DNA of 64,000 nt from Massalongia carnosa. Lineage: Eukaryota. The notes below the pieces were generated by a model. That model made no database searches and was not told the origin of the DNA. It saw nothing but the letters and a program-made list of their open reading frames with translations. Of the stretch, positions 25,685-36,665 are shown one piece after another. The stretch is from NCBI GenBank assembly GCA_965645245.1, contig OZ287084.1:186001-250000 (forward strand). Direction: 5' to 3'. Made by a program: the position numbers and the translations under genes. Numbering within the stretch: the first letter of the stretch is position 1; every line of letters begins with the position of its first letter.

Positions 25685-28600
25685 ATGCAGGATTCGATGG
25701 AAAGCTCGCGTGAAAGGAAACGGGATCGATTGAGGTCCTTGTTTAGTCACAAGGCTAATAAGGCAAAACAGGACTCTAATGGAATTTCAGTACAAGGATC
25801 TTCCACATCACAATCAACGAAACCTGATTCTGCCTCTATTCCGACATCAGCTGTCAAGGTGAACACGGGCTCCGGATCGGTTCCGAATTCAACTGAAGAG
25901 GCGAGATCGATCAAAACATCTTCTTCAGCGGGTGCGCAAGCTCTGAATGTTCAGACTAGTCTCTGGGACATTACGCTACAGAAACTATCATTAGAGGAGA
26001 GAGAGGCTATTCAACAGACATCCTTGAATTCAAAACTAGAGATCGTGGAACAATTACACGGTGTTGTTCAGCAGAAACGAGATGAATGCCGCAAGAAACA
26101 ATGGAAATTTCGTTTCCAAGGCCGAGAGATCATCCTTCACGATTTAGCGGAGAAAATTATCTTTGGGCTCAACAAATTCAAGGAAATTGGAGACGTCGCG
26201 GTAAATTTTGATCCTGTTCATGCTGCGTTGCCATGGGCGGGAGTCAGGTCTTTGCTTCAGGTGAGCTTGGATCTTCCTTTGACATGATCTTGAAAAGACC
26301 TAACTCTGGAAAAGATGGCGGTGGGAGAAAGCGAGTTGATGGCAGCTTTACTTATTGGCGGAGAGAAGGTGACGCAACTTATCAATCGGTGCACAATATA
26401 TGAACTCCTTTACCTTCCTTCTGATGTATCCGGACCGTTCACACTTGCAATGGAGAACTTGACAACGGCTTTGACAGCCTTGTATCTCGCTGTGTTGAGA
26501 TTCCTTGCCCGTGCAAAGAAAGAATATGATAAAGGATATGTATCTCGAACTCTGGGGAGTGTTTTGAGTTCGAAAGTTCTCGAATTTGTTGAGAATTGTA
26601 ATGATTTAGAAACGCAAGTAGATACGGAGGCAAGAAATTTGGACCGCATACAAGGCCGAGGGGCAAATATGAAGCTTGAGAGCTTGTTAAAAGATTTGAA
26701 AAATCCTATCCTGCGCATCGATGCTCGAGTGGGTGCCTTGAGCGATAAATATGAAGTGGATAAACAATGTAAAATACTCTCTTGGATATCCGACATTCCA
26801 TACAAGGAAATCCACAATGTTGCTCGTGAAGGATGGACGAAGGGGACAGGAAATTGGCTGCTGGAGCATGACCGATATGTAAAATGGCGTGCGTCTAGCG
26901 CATCTACAATATTATGGCTGCACGGAATGCGTAAGTGTATATACAATATCTAGCATTTCTTACTGACTGTGTCCATCAGCTGGCGCTGGCAAAACTAAAC
27001 TTGTGTCAACAGTCGTCGATGATCTGACTAAAAGTTTTGCTCGGCAATCGAATGACGAGGCGCTGGCCTACTTTTATTGCGATCGCAATCAGCCTAATCG
27101 TCAAGACCCAGCGGTGATCATGAGCAGCTTCGTGCGGCAATTATCGGGAGTCGAAAGCAGCAACACGATTCAACGTCCGATCGTTCAAAGGTATGAAATA
27201 GAGCAAAAAAATGGCTTTGCCTCGGGAAGGCTCAAGATTGAGGAAAGTTTTAATCTTCTACTTCAGCTGATTGAAATTTATCCTCAAATCACGCTAGTTG
27301 TGGACGCTTTGGATGAGTGCAACAAGGAAACGAGGGCCTCTTTCATGGAAAAGTTAGACATCTTGGTCAGCGGCAAGTCTTCTAACTTGGTAAAAATTTT
27401 CATCTCGAGCAGGCCAGAGCTAGATATGAAACACCGATTTAGTGATGGATCAAATATGGAAATCAGGGCAACGGATAATGAGAAGGATATAGCAATGTTT
27501 ATTGACGATAAGATCAAAGATAAAAAGGAATGGTATTGCAAGATAAGTTTCGAACTTAGAGAGCTTATCTCCGAGACGTTGGTGAGCAAAAGTGACGGAA
27601 TGTAAGTTTCTATAACTGTCGGCCACTAGCATTGATTTTCTAAGAGTAGAATAGGTTTCAGTGGGCGTCTCTGCAGATTATTCAACTACATAAACTTCCG
27701 CCCCGTAGACGCGATATTGAAGAGCGACTAGGCAAACTTCCGAAGGACCTTGATGCGGCATATGACGAAATATATCGCAGAATTAAGGCTCAAGAGGGAA
27801 GTGCGCCCGAAATTGCCAGTCGTGCATTTCAATGGATCATGTATTCCGTTGTCCCCTTATCGCCAGAAGCATTAGTCGCTGGGGTTTGTCAAGATCCCAA
27901 CACGGACGTCGTCGACCCTGTGGATGTCGAGATCGATTTTGTTCTCGACGCTTGTCAAAACTTAATCGTCGTTGATTCTAAGCTAGATATATGTCGATTT
28001 CCCACTTATCAGTTCAGGAATATCTGGAAAAATACTGGGGATGCCATGACGCGAATGCTCTAATAGCGAAAGTATGTTTGTCTTTGTTGAATGATTCACT
28101 TCAACAAAAACGGGATACCGAATTGCAAGACGAAAACAAAGAACTCGATGACATTATTCGCTACGCAAGATTCTGTTGGGCAGATCACGTACAAAATCAT
28201 GATAAAGGAAGGATTGATTCTCGTTTAACGATAATTTTAAAGCAATTCCTTGGATCCTTCAACGAAAGCAGCCCAGCGTACAAGAGTTGGCATGAAATAA
28301 TAGACAAGGATAAGAATAAGAAATATTTTAATTATATGCAGGTGTTTGATACTAGTCTGGTACATAAAGTTTGTGATAATATTAGTCCATCTTCTTTAAC
28401 TTTACTGGCAATATCAGCGTTCGGATTCAACAATATCATATTCGATTGGTGGGAAACGGCTGTTTTCGATGTCGAGACACGTAATAACAATAATGAATCA
28501 TTACTGCATATTGCCAGTCGATACGGTCATCTTTTCATTGTCATGATTTTATTGAAGGAAGGGGCGGACGTGAACGCGCAAGGCGGAGTGTTTGGCAACG

Positions 28601-29286
28601 CGCTGCAGGCGGCATCGTCCGGAGGTCACGAGAAAATCGTGCAATTGCTGTTGAACAACGAAGCGGACGTGAACGCGCAAGGCGGAATGTTTGGCAACGC
28701 GCTGCAGGTGGCATCGTCCGGAGGTCACGAGAAAATCGTGCAACTGCTGTTGAACAACGAAGCGGACGTGAACGCGCAAGGCGGAATGTTTGGCAACGCG
28801 CTGCAGGTGGCATCGTCCGGAGGTCACGAGAAAATCGTGCAACTGCTGTTGAACAACGAAGCGGACGTGAACGCGCAAGGCGGAGGGTATGGTAACCCGC
28901 TGCAGGCGGCATCGTACGGAGGTGACGAGAAAATCGTGCAATTGCTGTTGAACTGCGGAGCGGACGTGAACGCGAAAGGCGGACGTTATGGCAACGCGCT
29001 GCAGGCGGCATCGTTCGGAGGTCACGAGAAAATCGTGCAATTGCTGTTGAACAGCGGAGCGGACGTGAACACGCAAGGCGGAGAGTATGACAACGCGCTG
29101 CAGGCGGCATCGTACAGAGGTCACGAGAAAATCGTGCAATTGCTGTTGAATAACGGAGCGGAAGTAAATGACAGCGCGTTGTTGAAGGCATGCATATGTG
29201 GTCAAGAAAAGGTGATGCAGTTGTTGTTGAAAAATGGAGCGCAAGTTAACGACAAGTTAAGGATCCCGATCGAGCAGAAATCCTAG
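25685..29286 (+). CDS. Fungal NLR-like protein: NACHT_N-type N-terminus, NACHT, ankyrin repeats (one frameshift)
   Basis: Introns 26261-26314, 26931-26979 and 27602-27654. [12 protein letters not shown]; Walker A GMPGAGKT across intron 2; Walker [17 protein letters not shown]; (F)SHLSVQEYL needs one extra T near 27998. About 6 near-identical 33-aa ankyrin repeats. Confidence 0.9.
28561..29170 (+). repeat. 99-bp ankyrin coding tandem array with high internal conservation
   Basis: Unit GCGGACGTGAACGCGCAAGGCGGA..GGTCACGAGAAAATCGTGCAA..CTGTTGAAC repeated about 6 times. Confidence 0.95.
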
Positions 29287-30120
29287 ATCATGCGAAAGGT
29301 CTTCGCGATTCATGTACTAGATATAGTCAAGCCTCAAGAACTTTGCGTTTTCGGGGACTTCGTCTTTCGAAAAATGATTATTATAACCTAGTTCGATCTG
29401 AAGGGAGTCATACACCCACAGAGGAAATGGATTATACACTTGGATGCTTGAAAGAAGGAGGGTTTCGCGTGCGCTGTTTGGAGAAATATATAGTTGAAAA
29501 CAACATACGGCAGCGACGTGTTGTGGAGTTAATTTTCTTCTGCAATAAAGAGCAAATCAGATTAGCCAGACGTTTCTTCAGTGGGTTTTTGATCGAAACG
29601 GATGCAACGTTCAATACTAACAAATTGAACTTGCCTCTGTCCGTTGTAGTTGGAGTCACTAATACAGGACTTACCTTCCCTGTGGCCTACTGTTATATAA
29701 CTTCCGAATCGGCGGAGTGCTTCACTTTTCTACTTGATTGTATGAAGGACTTGATCTTTCATGACGAATGCCCTGGTCCTAGAGTCATATTTGGAGACTT
29801 TGCAGCTGGGTTATCGGCGGCGATGCAGAGAAAAAGACTTCAGACAGTAGATGCTGACGCTGCATTGGGCATGGCATGGCAAGTCTCTCAATCGATGATC
29901 GCGGGCGGTTATGACTGCGCTTTGCAGCTTTGCACCTGGCATGCAGCCGAAGCCATTAAGAAACGACTCATCAAGGCGGGGACCTATCCAGTAGAGATTC
30001 GGAAAGAATTGATGGCGTTGATCTGGGCGTGGATAAAGTCTCCTACTATCGAACAATTGAATGAAAGAAGGAGGACGTTGTTGAACAAATTGCACGATTC
30101 AGAAAAGGTATGTTGATGTG
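29259..30120 (+). mobile_element. MULE remnant 3 (DDE core), same family as remnant 2
   Basis: RDPDR..LRLSKNDYYNL..ETDATFNTNKLNLPL..GDFAAG..LCTWH; starts mid-CDS, with no TIR seen. Confidence 0.85.
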
Positions 30121-30197
30121 TAGAAGTTGAGGTTTAACCCTATGGTTAAACCTGATTGAGTTAGAGTTAAGATTAATTTTCGCGAAGACTACGACTA

Positions 30198-31923
30198 CAG
30201 TCAGATCGGGTTATAAGAAACTGCTGATTAAGTAACCTCGGCTAGTAAGAAACTCGGACGAAAAGACCGGTTTTTTTCTGGTGAGGGATAAGAAACCTCG
30301 CTCTATTAGAAAGTTTCTTAACTTTCTCTAAAAATTTTGCGGTGGTTTCCTATAGTAAATATGACTTCTCCTTCGACTTCTTTAAGATATAATAGTCAAA
30401 ATCCGGAGACTCCATCTCGAAATCCTTGAAAACGTCTTACATCCCCGCTTTCTCCCAGAGAGAGAAGCAGAAAAAAGCGTGACGCCTTTACCGACGACCA
30501 ACGACGAGCATTACGATAGCGTTACCAAGATCCTGCTGTATCTGGAGATGACAAGAAATACGAAAAACTGGCCATTTGGTTTGACAATCTTTACCGTCAT
30601 AAAATTGACAAAGGACAAGTTTCCAAAATCCTCTCACATAAATGGGCTCATCTGGATACATCTCACGCATTGCTACGCCCGAATCTGAAGAAAACTCGAA
30701 CTGCACATTGGCCTGAATTAGAAACAGCCTAATTTGAGTGGCAACAGCGCATGCAACGCAAAAGAGCGCCTTTATCGGGCGATTTGTTAAGAGAAATGGC
30801 CTTGAAATTTTGGAAACGATTACCTCTATATCGTAATCAACCATCTTCCAGGTTCTCTATTGGATGGCTGGATTCTTTCAAAAGAAGATACAAGCTTACA
30901 AAACATAAACAACACGGCGAGCTCTGTTCCGTCAAGCGTGTGGAGGTTGAAGAAGAGCTAGAAGTAATACCAGTACAGCTATTATCATACGATCAGGAAG
31001 ATATCTACAACATGGATGAAACTGCGTTATTTTGGAAGCTACCCTCAGTACTACATTGGCTACGGAACAGTTCTCAGGCGGCAAGGTGGAAAAAGCGAGA
31101 ATTACTGCAAATTTCTGTTGCAATGCTACTGGAACTCAAAAGCTTCTCATATGATTCATTGGGACGGCCAAAAATCCGCGTGCTTTTGGTTCACAGGATG
31201 TTCACGCTTGTAACCTGCATATGGTATGACGCAGTAACAGCAGAGCTTGGATGTCGGACGATATATTTCGGGAGTATTTACGCTGGTTTAATGGCAACGT
31301 AAGTCGTAAGGTTGACCGAAATCTCGTGTAATCGGGGCAAAATATGGGCCAATGACTCGAGAAGAGGCAGAGAAATATGGCTATCTCAATGAGACTCGGG
31401 CACAAGAGCAAGAAACGGAGCAACGACTACAGATACAAGCTACAATACGGCGTTTGGAAGACCGTGGTCATATACAAAGCGCCATGCGTATTGGCGAATT
31501 TCTGAACCCTGTTGAAGAGGTGGTAGAAGATAACGAAGAGGATAACGAAGAGGATTTGAAGGGTCACATCGTTGCTATATATGGTGACCATGAAAGGGAA
31601 TACGAGACGGAGGAGAAGGAGGTCATTGTATCACGTTTTCAAAACAAGGACGCTCTACGAGTTCTTGAAACGTTACGGTTATATGAGGAGTAACGAGAGG
31701 TCGGTGAAGATGATTTGATACGTCGTCTGAATCGTAAAGAGTGAGATATCAAGACCTCAATGGCGATTAGCTCTAGGCAAGCTGTAATGACGGATTTCTT
31801 TGTCATTAGGTAGTCGATAGGTATAGTCTTGAAAAGATGCCAAGAATTTTGATATTAGAAACTTCGCCTAATAAGAAACCTAGATGCTACGATTTTGGAG
31901 TTTCTTATAACCCGATCTGACGG
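30198..31923 (+). mobile_element. pogo/Tigger-like Tc1-mariner element, degenerate
   Basis: 25-bp TIR CAGTCAGATCGGGTTATAAGAAACT (1 mismatch) with TA on both sides. CENP-B-like HTH (FSIGWLDSFKRRY), YNMDETALFW; frameshifts and an internal deletion. Confidence 0.9.
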
Positions 31924-32075
31924 TAGTAGCAAGCAAGGTCTTCGCCCATCATCATCTATCTGACACTGATGAACAGAGTCAAAAACGTTGTTTTTGTAGA
32001 AGTTCAGACGATGCAGGTTTAGTACGTGCTTATAGGGGCTGACTAATGCTACCTCGCCCATTAAAAAGACCCTAT

Positions 32076-32194
32076 TGTTGGAATACTCGCTTAGCCCAAT
32101 TAGTTCTAGCTCTGCCTGCAGGCTGCCCATGACTGCTGTAAGCAGTCACCTCCGTAGTAATTTCAACATTATGCCGACAACTGTTTATTTAACA
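32076..32194 (+). mobile_element. Solo LTR of Copia A family (119 bp)
   Basis: Matches 4144-4262; TSD CCTAT on both sides. Confidence 0.95.
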
Positions 32195-34860
32195 CCTATA
32201 GCCCATAAAACCCTGTCCCAAATGACCTCCGGACGATCAATTGACCCATAATGTTATGATCTACCTAGAGACAAGTCATAGGGACACTAGAAACGAATAC
32301 AATAAAGATAAAGAAGAAAAAGCCAATCGACATCCCGAACCTGTCCCTCCTCTACTGCGCTAGTATCCATGTGGTATAGTCGGTAGAATCTTCTCGTGAC
32401 TGCAGGAACAAAATCGAAGGTGCGGGCATCTACGGTTTGGTGCCGAATTGATCCGAGTTCCGAGGTCGTGCCGAGTAGAATCGTGACACTACCCCCGCTT
32501 TAGATCGCGAGTCACCTTTTTCTTTGATCTGTTTTATCACGTGACAGATTGGGTGATTAATGCGGTTAGCGTGCAGATCATCGTGGCTTCTTCGGGTTTC
32601 GTTTGTAAAATTCTTCCACTATCTCTTTTGCATTTTCGAAGCCTTCGGCTTCATACCATGTCAGATCTTCGTCTATTCCCTTCCATTTGACCTTGAATTG
32701 AATCTTTCGGTAGCGTCTTCGTGCATCCAGGATGTCATCTAGTTCCCATTCCTCGTTCCCTTCAACCACTACTGGCGGTGGTGGTTCGTTAATCTGGCCT
32801 GGAAGTGGGTCGTCGGAGGCCTTCCGAAGTAGACTGGTGTGGAAGACATCATGGATTTTCATTGACGGTGGGAGTTCTAATTGGCAGGAAGATCCTACTA
32901 GTTTCTTGACTCTGTAGGGACCAATCATTTCGTGATCCAGCTTTTTGGAGGTACGCTCCGTCTTGATGTTCTTTGTGGATAGCCATACCATGTCCCCTTC
33001 GCTGTACGAGACTTTAGTTCGATGCCGGTCTGCCGCTATTGCTTGTCGTTCTTGGGTTTTTTTCATGTTTTGTTGAACGAAGTCCCATACCTTTTTCATG
33101 TCGTCAGTAATGGCTCTGGCTTTTTCGTTAGCTAATCTTTCCCTAGTGGAGTCTGCGGAAAGCTCGGTCGGATCGAAGCTCATTCTTGGCTCATACCCTT
33201 TGGTGGCCATGAACGGTGAGAGCCCTGTGGTGGCTGAGGGTGCGTTGTTGGCAGCGAACTCGGCCATCGGAAGTAGGTCCGTCCAGTCGTCCTGGCTGTA
33301 GTTCACGAAACTCCGGAGGTGGCGCTCCATTTCTTGATTCGCGATTTCGCTCTGTCCGTCTGTTTCCGGGTGATAGGCTGTTGACAACTTTGCTGTAATT
33401 CCGAGAATTTTGCACCAAGCCTTCCATACTGCTGAGACGAACTGTGGTCCTCGGTCCGATACCATGCTGATTGGAAGGCCATGATATCGCCATACGTTTT
33501 CTACAAGGAGTTTCGCTGTGGCCTCTGCGGTAGTGCCTTCTTCGCTACATGTACATGGACTGTAATGTCTTTCTTTAGATAGCCGGTCCACTACCATCAG
33601 AATGGCATCATTTCCTTTGCTTTTCGGAAGACCCGTCACATAATCTAGGGTGATATCCCTCCACGGTCTTTCCGGTATGGGTAGGGGTTTCAATAGTCCG
33701 TTGTACTTGTCCCGAGGTGCTTTTGCTCGTCGACAAACATGGCAATTTCGCACGTAACGACGAATTTCCTTGTTCATGTTTGGCCAATAGAAGTTCCGGG
33801 CGATTGTATGAATAGTTCTGGCCATTCCGGGATGTCCTACCGCTACTTGATCGTGAATTTGCCGGATAACCTCCAGGATGGTTTCTTTCTTGTCCGGTAC
33901 CCACAAGCGCTTTTGCTTATATAGCAGTCCGTTTTCCACAATGCAGTTCTTAATGTCGGGTAACGAGTCGTCGGTGGTGTCGGTTCTTTCTATGGCTTTT
34001 CTGATTCTGGTACAAAGTTCATCCTTCAGGTTTTCCTGTTTTATTCTTTCGTCCAGGGTCGGTGGGTCCTGTTCGGGAATTTCTTCTGGTTCCGTTGCTT
34101 CTTCGATTGGTTGGTGTTCAAATCTTTCAGGGGGTAACAGTGTCTGCAGCTGATGTTGCTGCCTTTCGTCATCATCGTCCTGGGGTTTGTCATTTGGCCT
34201 TCGGGTCAGGGCGTCCGCTTTCTCATTCTTCTTTCCGGGTCGGTATGTAATGACGATGTTGAATTCCGAAAGGAACTCTGCCCAGCGAGCTTGTCGTCTA
34301 GTTAGTTTCTTAGTTGACATGAAATATTCTAGACTTCGGTGATCGGTGAAGATCTTCACTGGCAAGTCCGTACTTTCCAGTTCGGGTTTCCATTGCTCGA
34401 AGCAGCGAATTATCGCTAGCAGTTCCTTGTCATATATTTCGTAGTTACATCCAGCCGGGCTCATGTTCTTGGAAAAGAAGGCTACCGGGTGAAGTTCTCC
34501 ATCGTCACCTTCTTGTGATAGCACTCCTCCATTGACATGATCCGAAGAGTCAGTTTCCAGATAGCACTGCTTGTTTCGGTCGAAATGAATCAGGATCGGG
34601 GCTTCCCCAATTTGCTTCTGTAGATTTCGGAAAGCTTTTTCACATGCCGAGGTCCATTCGAATATTCGTTCTTTCTTTGTCAACGCATTCAGCGGTTTAG
34701 CAATCTTTGAAAATCCTCTAATAAATCGGCGATAAAAATTGCAGAAGCCAATGAACGAACGGACCTCCCGTAGGCAGGTTGGAATTTGCCATTCCTGAAT
34801 TGCCTTGACTTTGGCGGGGTCCATACGAATGCCATCAACACCGATAATCAGTCCCAGATA

Positions 34861-36665
34861 CCGTATAATTTCCCATATAAGCCTGGACTTAACTATTAAC
34901 CCCTTTTCAGCTATAAGCCTGTGTTCTAAAATTGAATTTTCAGACCGAGGGGGGATATTGGGCTATAAGCTCCTAATTCTTAAGAAGATATAGAGGTACT
35001 TAATTTTCCTAGTAATTCTCACTGAATTTGAAGTACCTTCCTATTATTCTTCATCCATCTCGCTGTCGCCGCTATTATCTTCCCCGCCATCGTTTTCCTC
35101 AATATTCGACCCTATTTCATCTCTTAAAACATACTTTAGCCATCGAATCATGACCGTGGTATTGCTCCATGCAGTATCATTCCATTGGACCGACACCCCT
35201 GTATGATACTGACTTATCTCCTTCTTTATACGACTGTTTTTGATTCCGTCTTTTCCCCTGAAGATAAGAAGCGGTTTGCAAGGATTTATCCCATCAGCAG
35301 AGACGTATACCATTAGTGTAGCTTGTCTCTTATCCCATCCCGATCTATGCGTCTTGGCCCATATCGTTTTAGCCCCCTTGAAATCGTAGGTATGTCCGTC
35401 CAGAAATTCGTACGCAATTTGGGTTTGATCCATGTTACCAATATCACAAAGACGATATCTTCCCCCTCCGTGCTGTGGAATTTGACCTATTAAGGGCTGA
35501 GAATTACGTCGATTGAATTGCAGCCAACTTTCAATAGTGGACCGCAAATTCTCGGAAACTATCTGTGATTTTTTGGTAACTGCTCGTGGAGAAATACCGA
35601 CTCGATTCCTGAAGTTATTAAACCACCCAACAGAGAATTTGAAGCCTAGATACTCATCTCTTTTCCCCGCTTTTCGAATAATTCGATGTGGATACAACTC
35701 GGCATATATATGTTTTGCCTGACGTATAATCCATCGTTTATCAACCTTCATTCCAGCTTCTCTTTTCTCTTTAAACAGCTCAATCAGCTGTCTTTCCAAC
35801 TCCGGTTCCTGACAGCCAGTATTGAGAGGTCTGTTTTTTCTGATTCCAGTACTCATGTTTTCGATTACGGAGCTTGTTTTTAACCATCTACGAAGCATAG
35901 CTAGATCAATTCCTAGATTTTTTGCAGCTTCGTATTTACTAATAAGCTTAAGAGTTCCGTCTTTTTGAGTCTTCCAAGTTGTTGTAGCATAGTTGATAGC
36001 AGCTAACTTATTCTCTCGTGTGTAGGATTTTCTTCGACGAGTGATTTCATCATCCGAATTTCTATTAGACACGTCATCAGCCGATTCACGTATCAAACGA
36101 AACTGTTCAGTTATCTGAGTATTGTCTCCGAAAGATGTCTGAGATGACTGTGAATAGCCTGATTTTTTGACACTTGATGCCCATAAGCTTCTGGAAACAA
36201 CTGATTTGGTACGAGGACCGGTAGGAGTCTTTTTAGGAGATATATGTGGGGGGGCCATATTGAGATGTATAGGAAGGGCAATGTATAGGAAGGGCAATGT
36301 ATAGGAAGGGCAATGTATAGGAAGGGCAATGTATAGGAAGGGCAATGTATAGGAAGGGCAATGTATAGGAAGGGCAATGTATAGGAAGGGCAATGTATAG
36401 GAAGGGCAATGTATAGGAAGGGCAATGTATAGGAAGGGCAATGTATAGGAAGGGCAATGTATAGGAAGGGCAATGATCAAAAAAAGAGAAAATGTATTGG
36501 GGGGTGCCGGGAAATTTTTTTTTTTCACCCGTTGTTATAAGCCCCTATTTGACTATAAAAATGATTTGGCTATTAACCCCTTTTGGCTATAAACCCCCGT
36601 TCAAAATCACCTCGGTTCAGTCATCTTAGCTATACGCCCCGAGGCTTATATGGGAAATTATACGG
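34861..36665 (-). mobile_element. pogo-like DNA transposon inserted in the RT of Gypsy 1
   Basis: Perfect 24-bp TIR CCGTATAATTTCCCATATAAGCCT; TA TSD splitting ETKY|LG. Transposase from ATG 36258 (HTH, FSVGWFNNF, NMDQT), with the DDE end deleted. Confidence 0.95.
36265..36472. repeat. 16-bp minisatellite x13
   Basis: ATGTATAGGAAGGGCA x13, perfect, immediately 5' of the pogo ATG. Confidence 0.98.

Noticed and set aside
25685..25960. Amyloid signalling motif at the NLR N-terminus
   Set aside because: Ser/Thr-rich low-complexity sequence without a recognisable HET-s, sigma or PP pattern.
28541..29244. Long repetitive minus-strand ORFs
   Set aside because: Antisense shadows of the ankyrin array.
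36111..36528. ALPIHCPSYTLPFLYI repeat proteins in three frames
   Set aside because: Translation of the stop-free 16-bp minisatellite.
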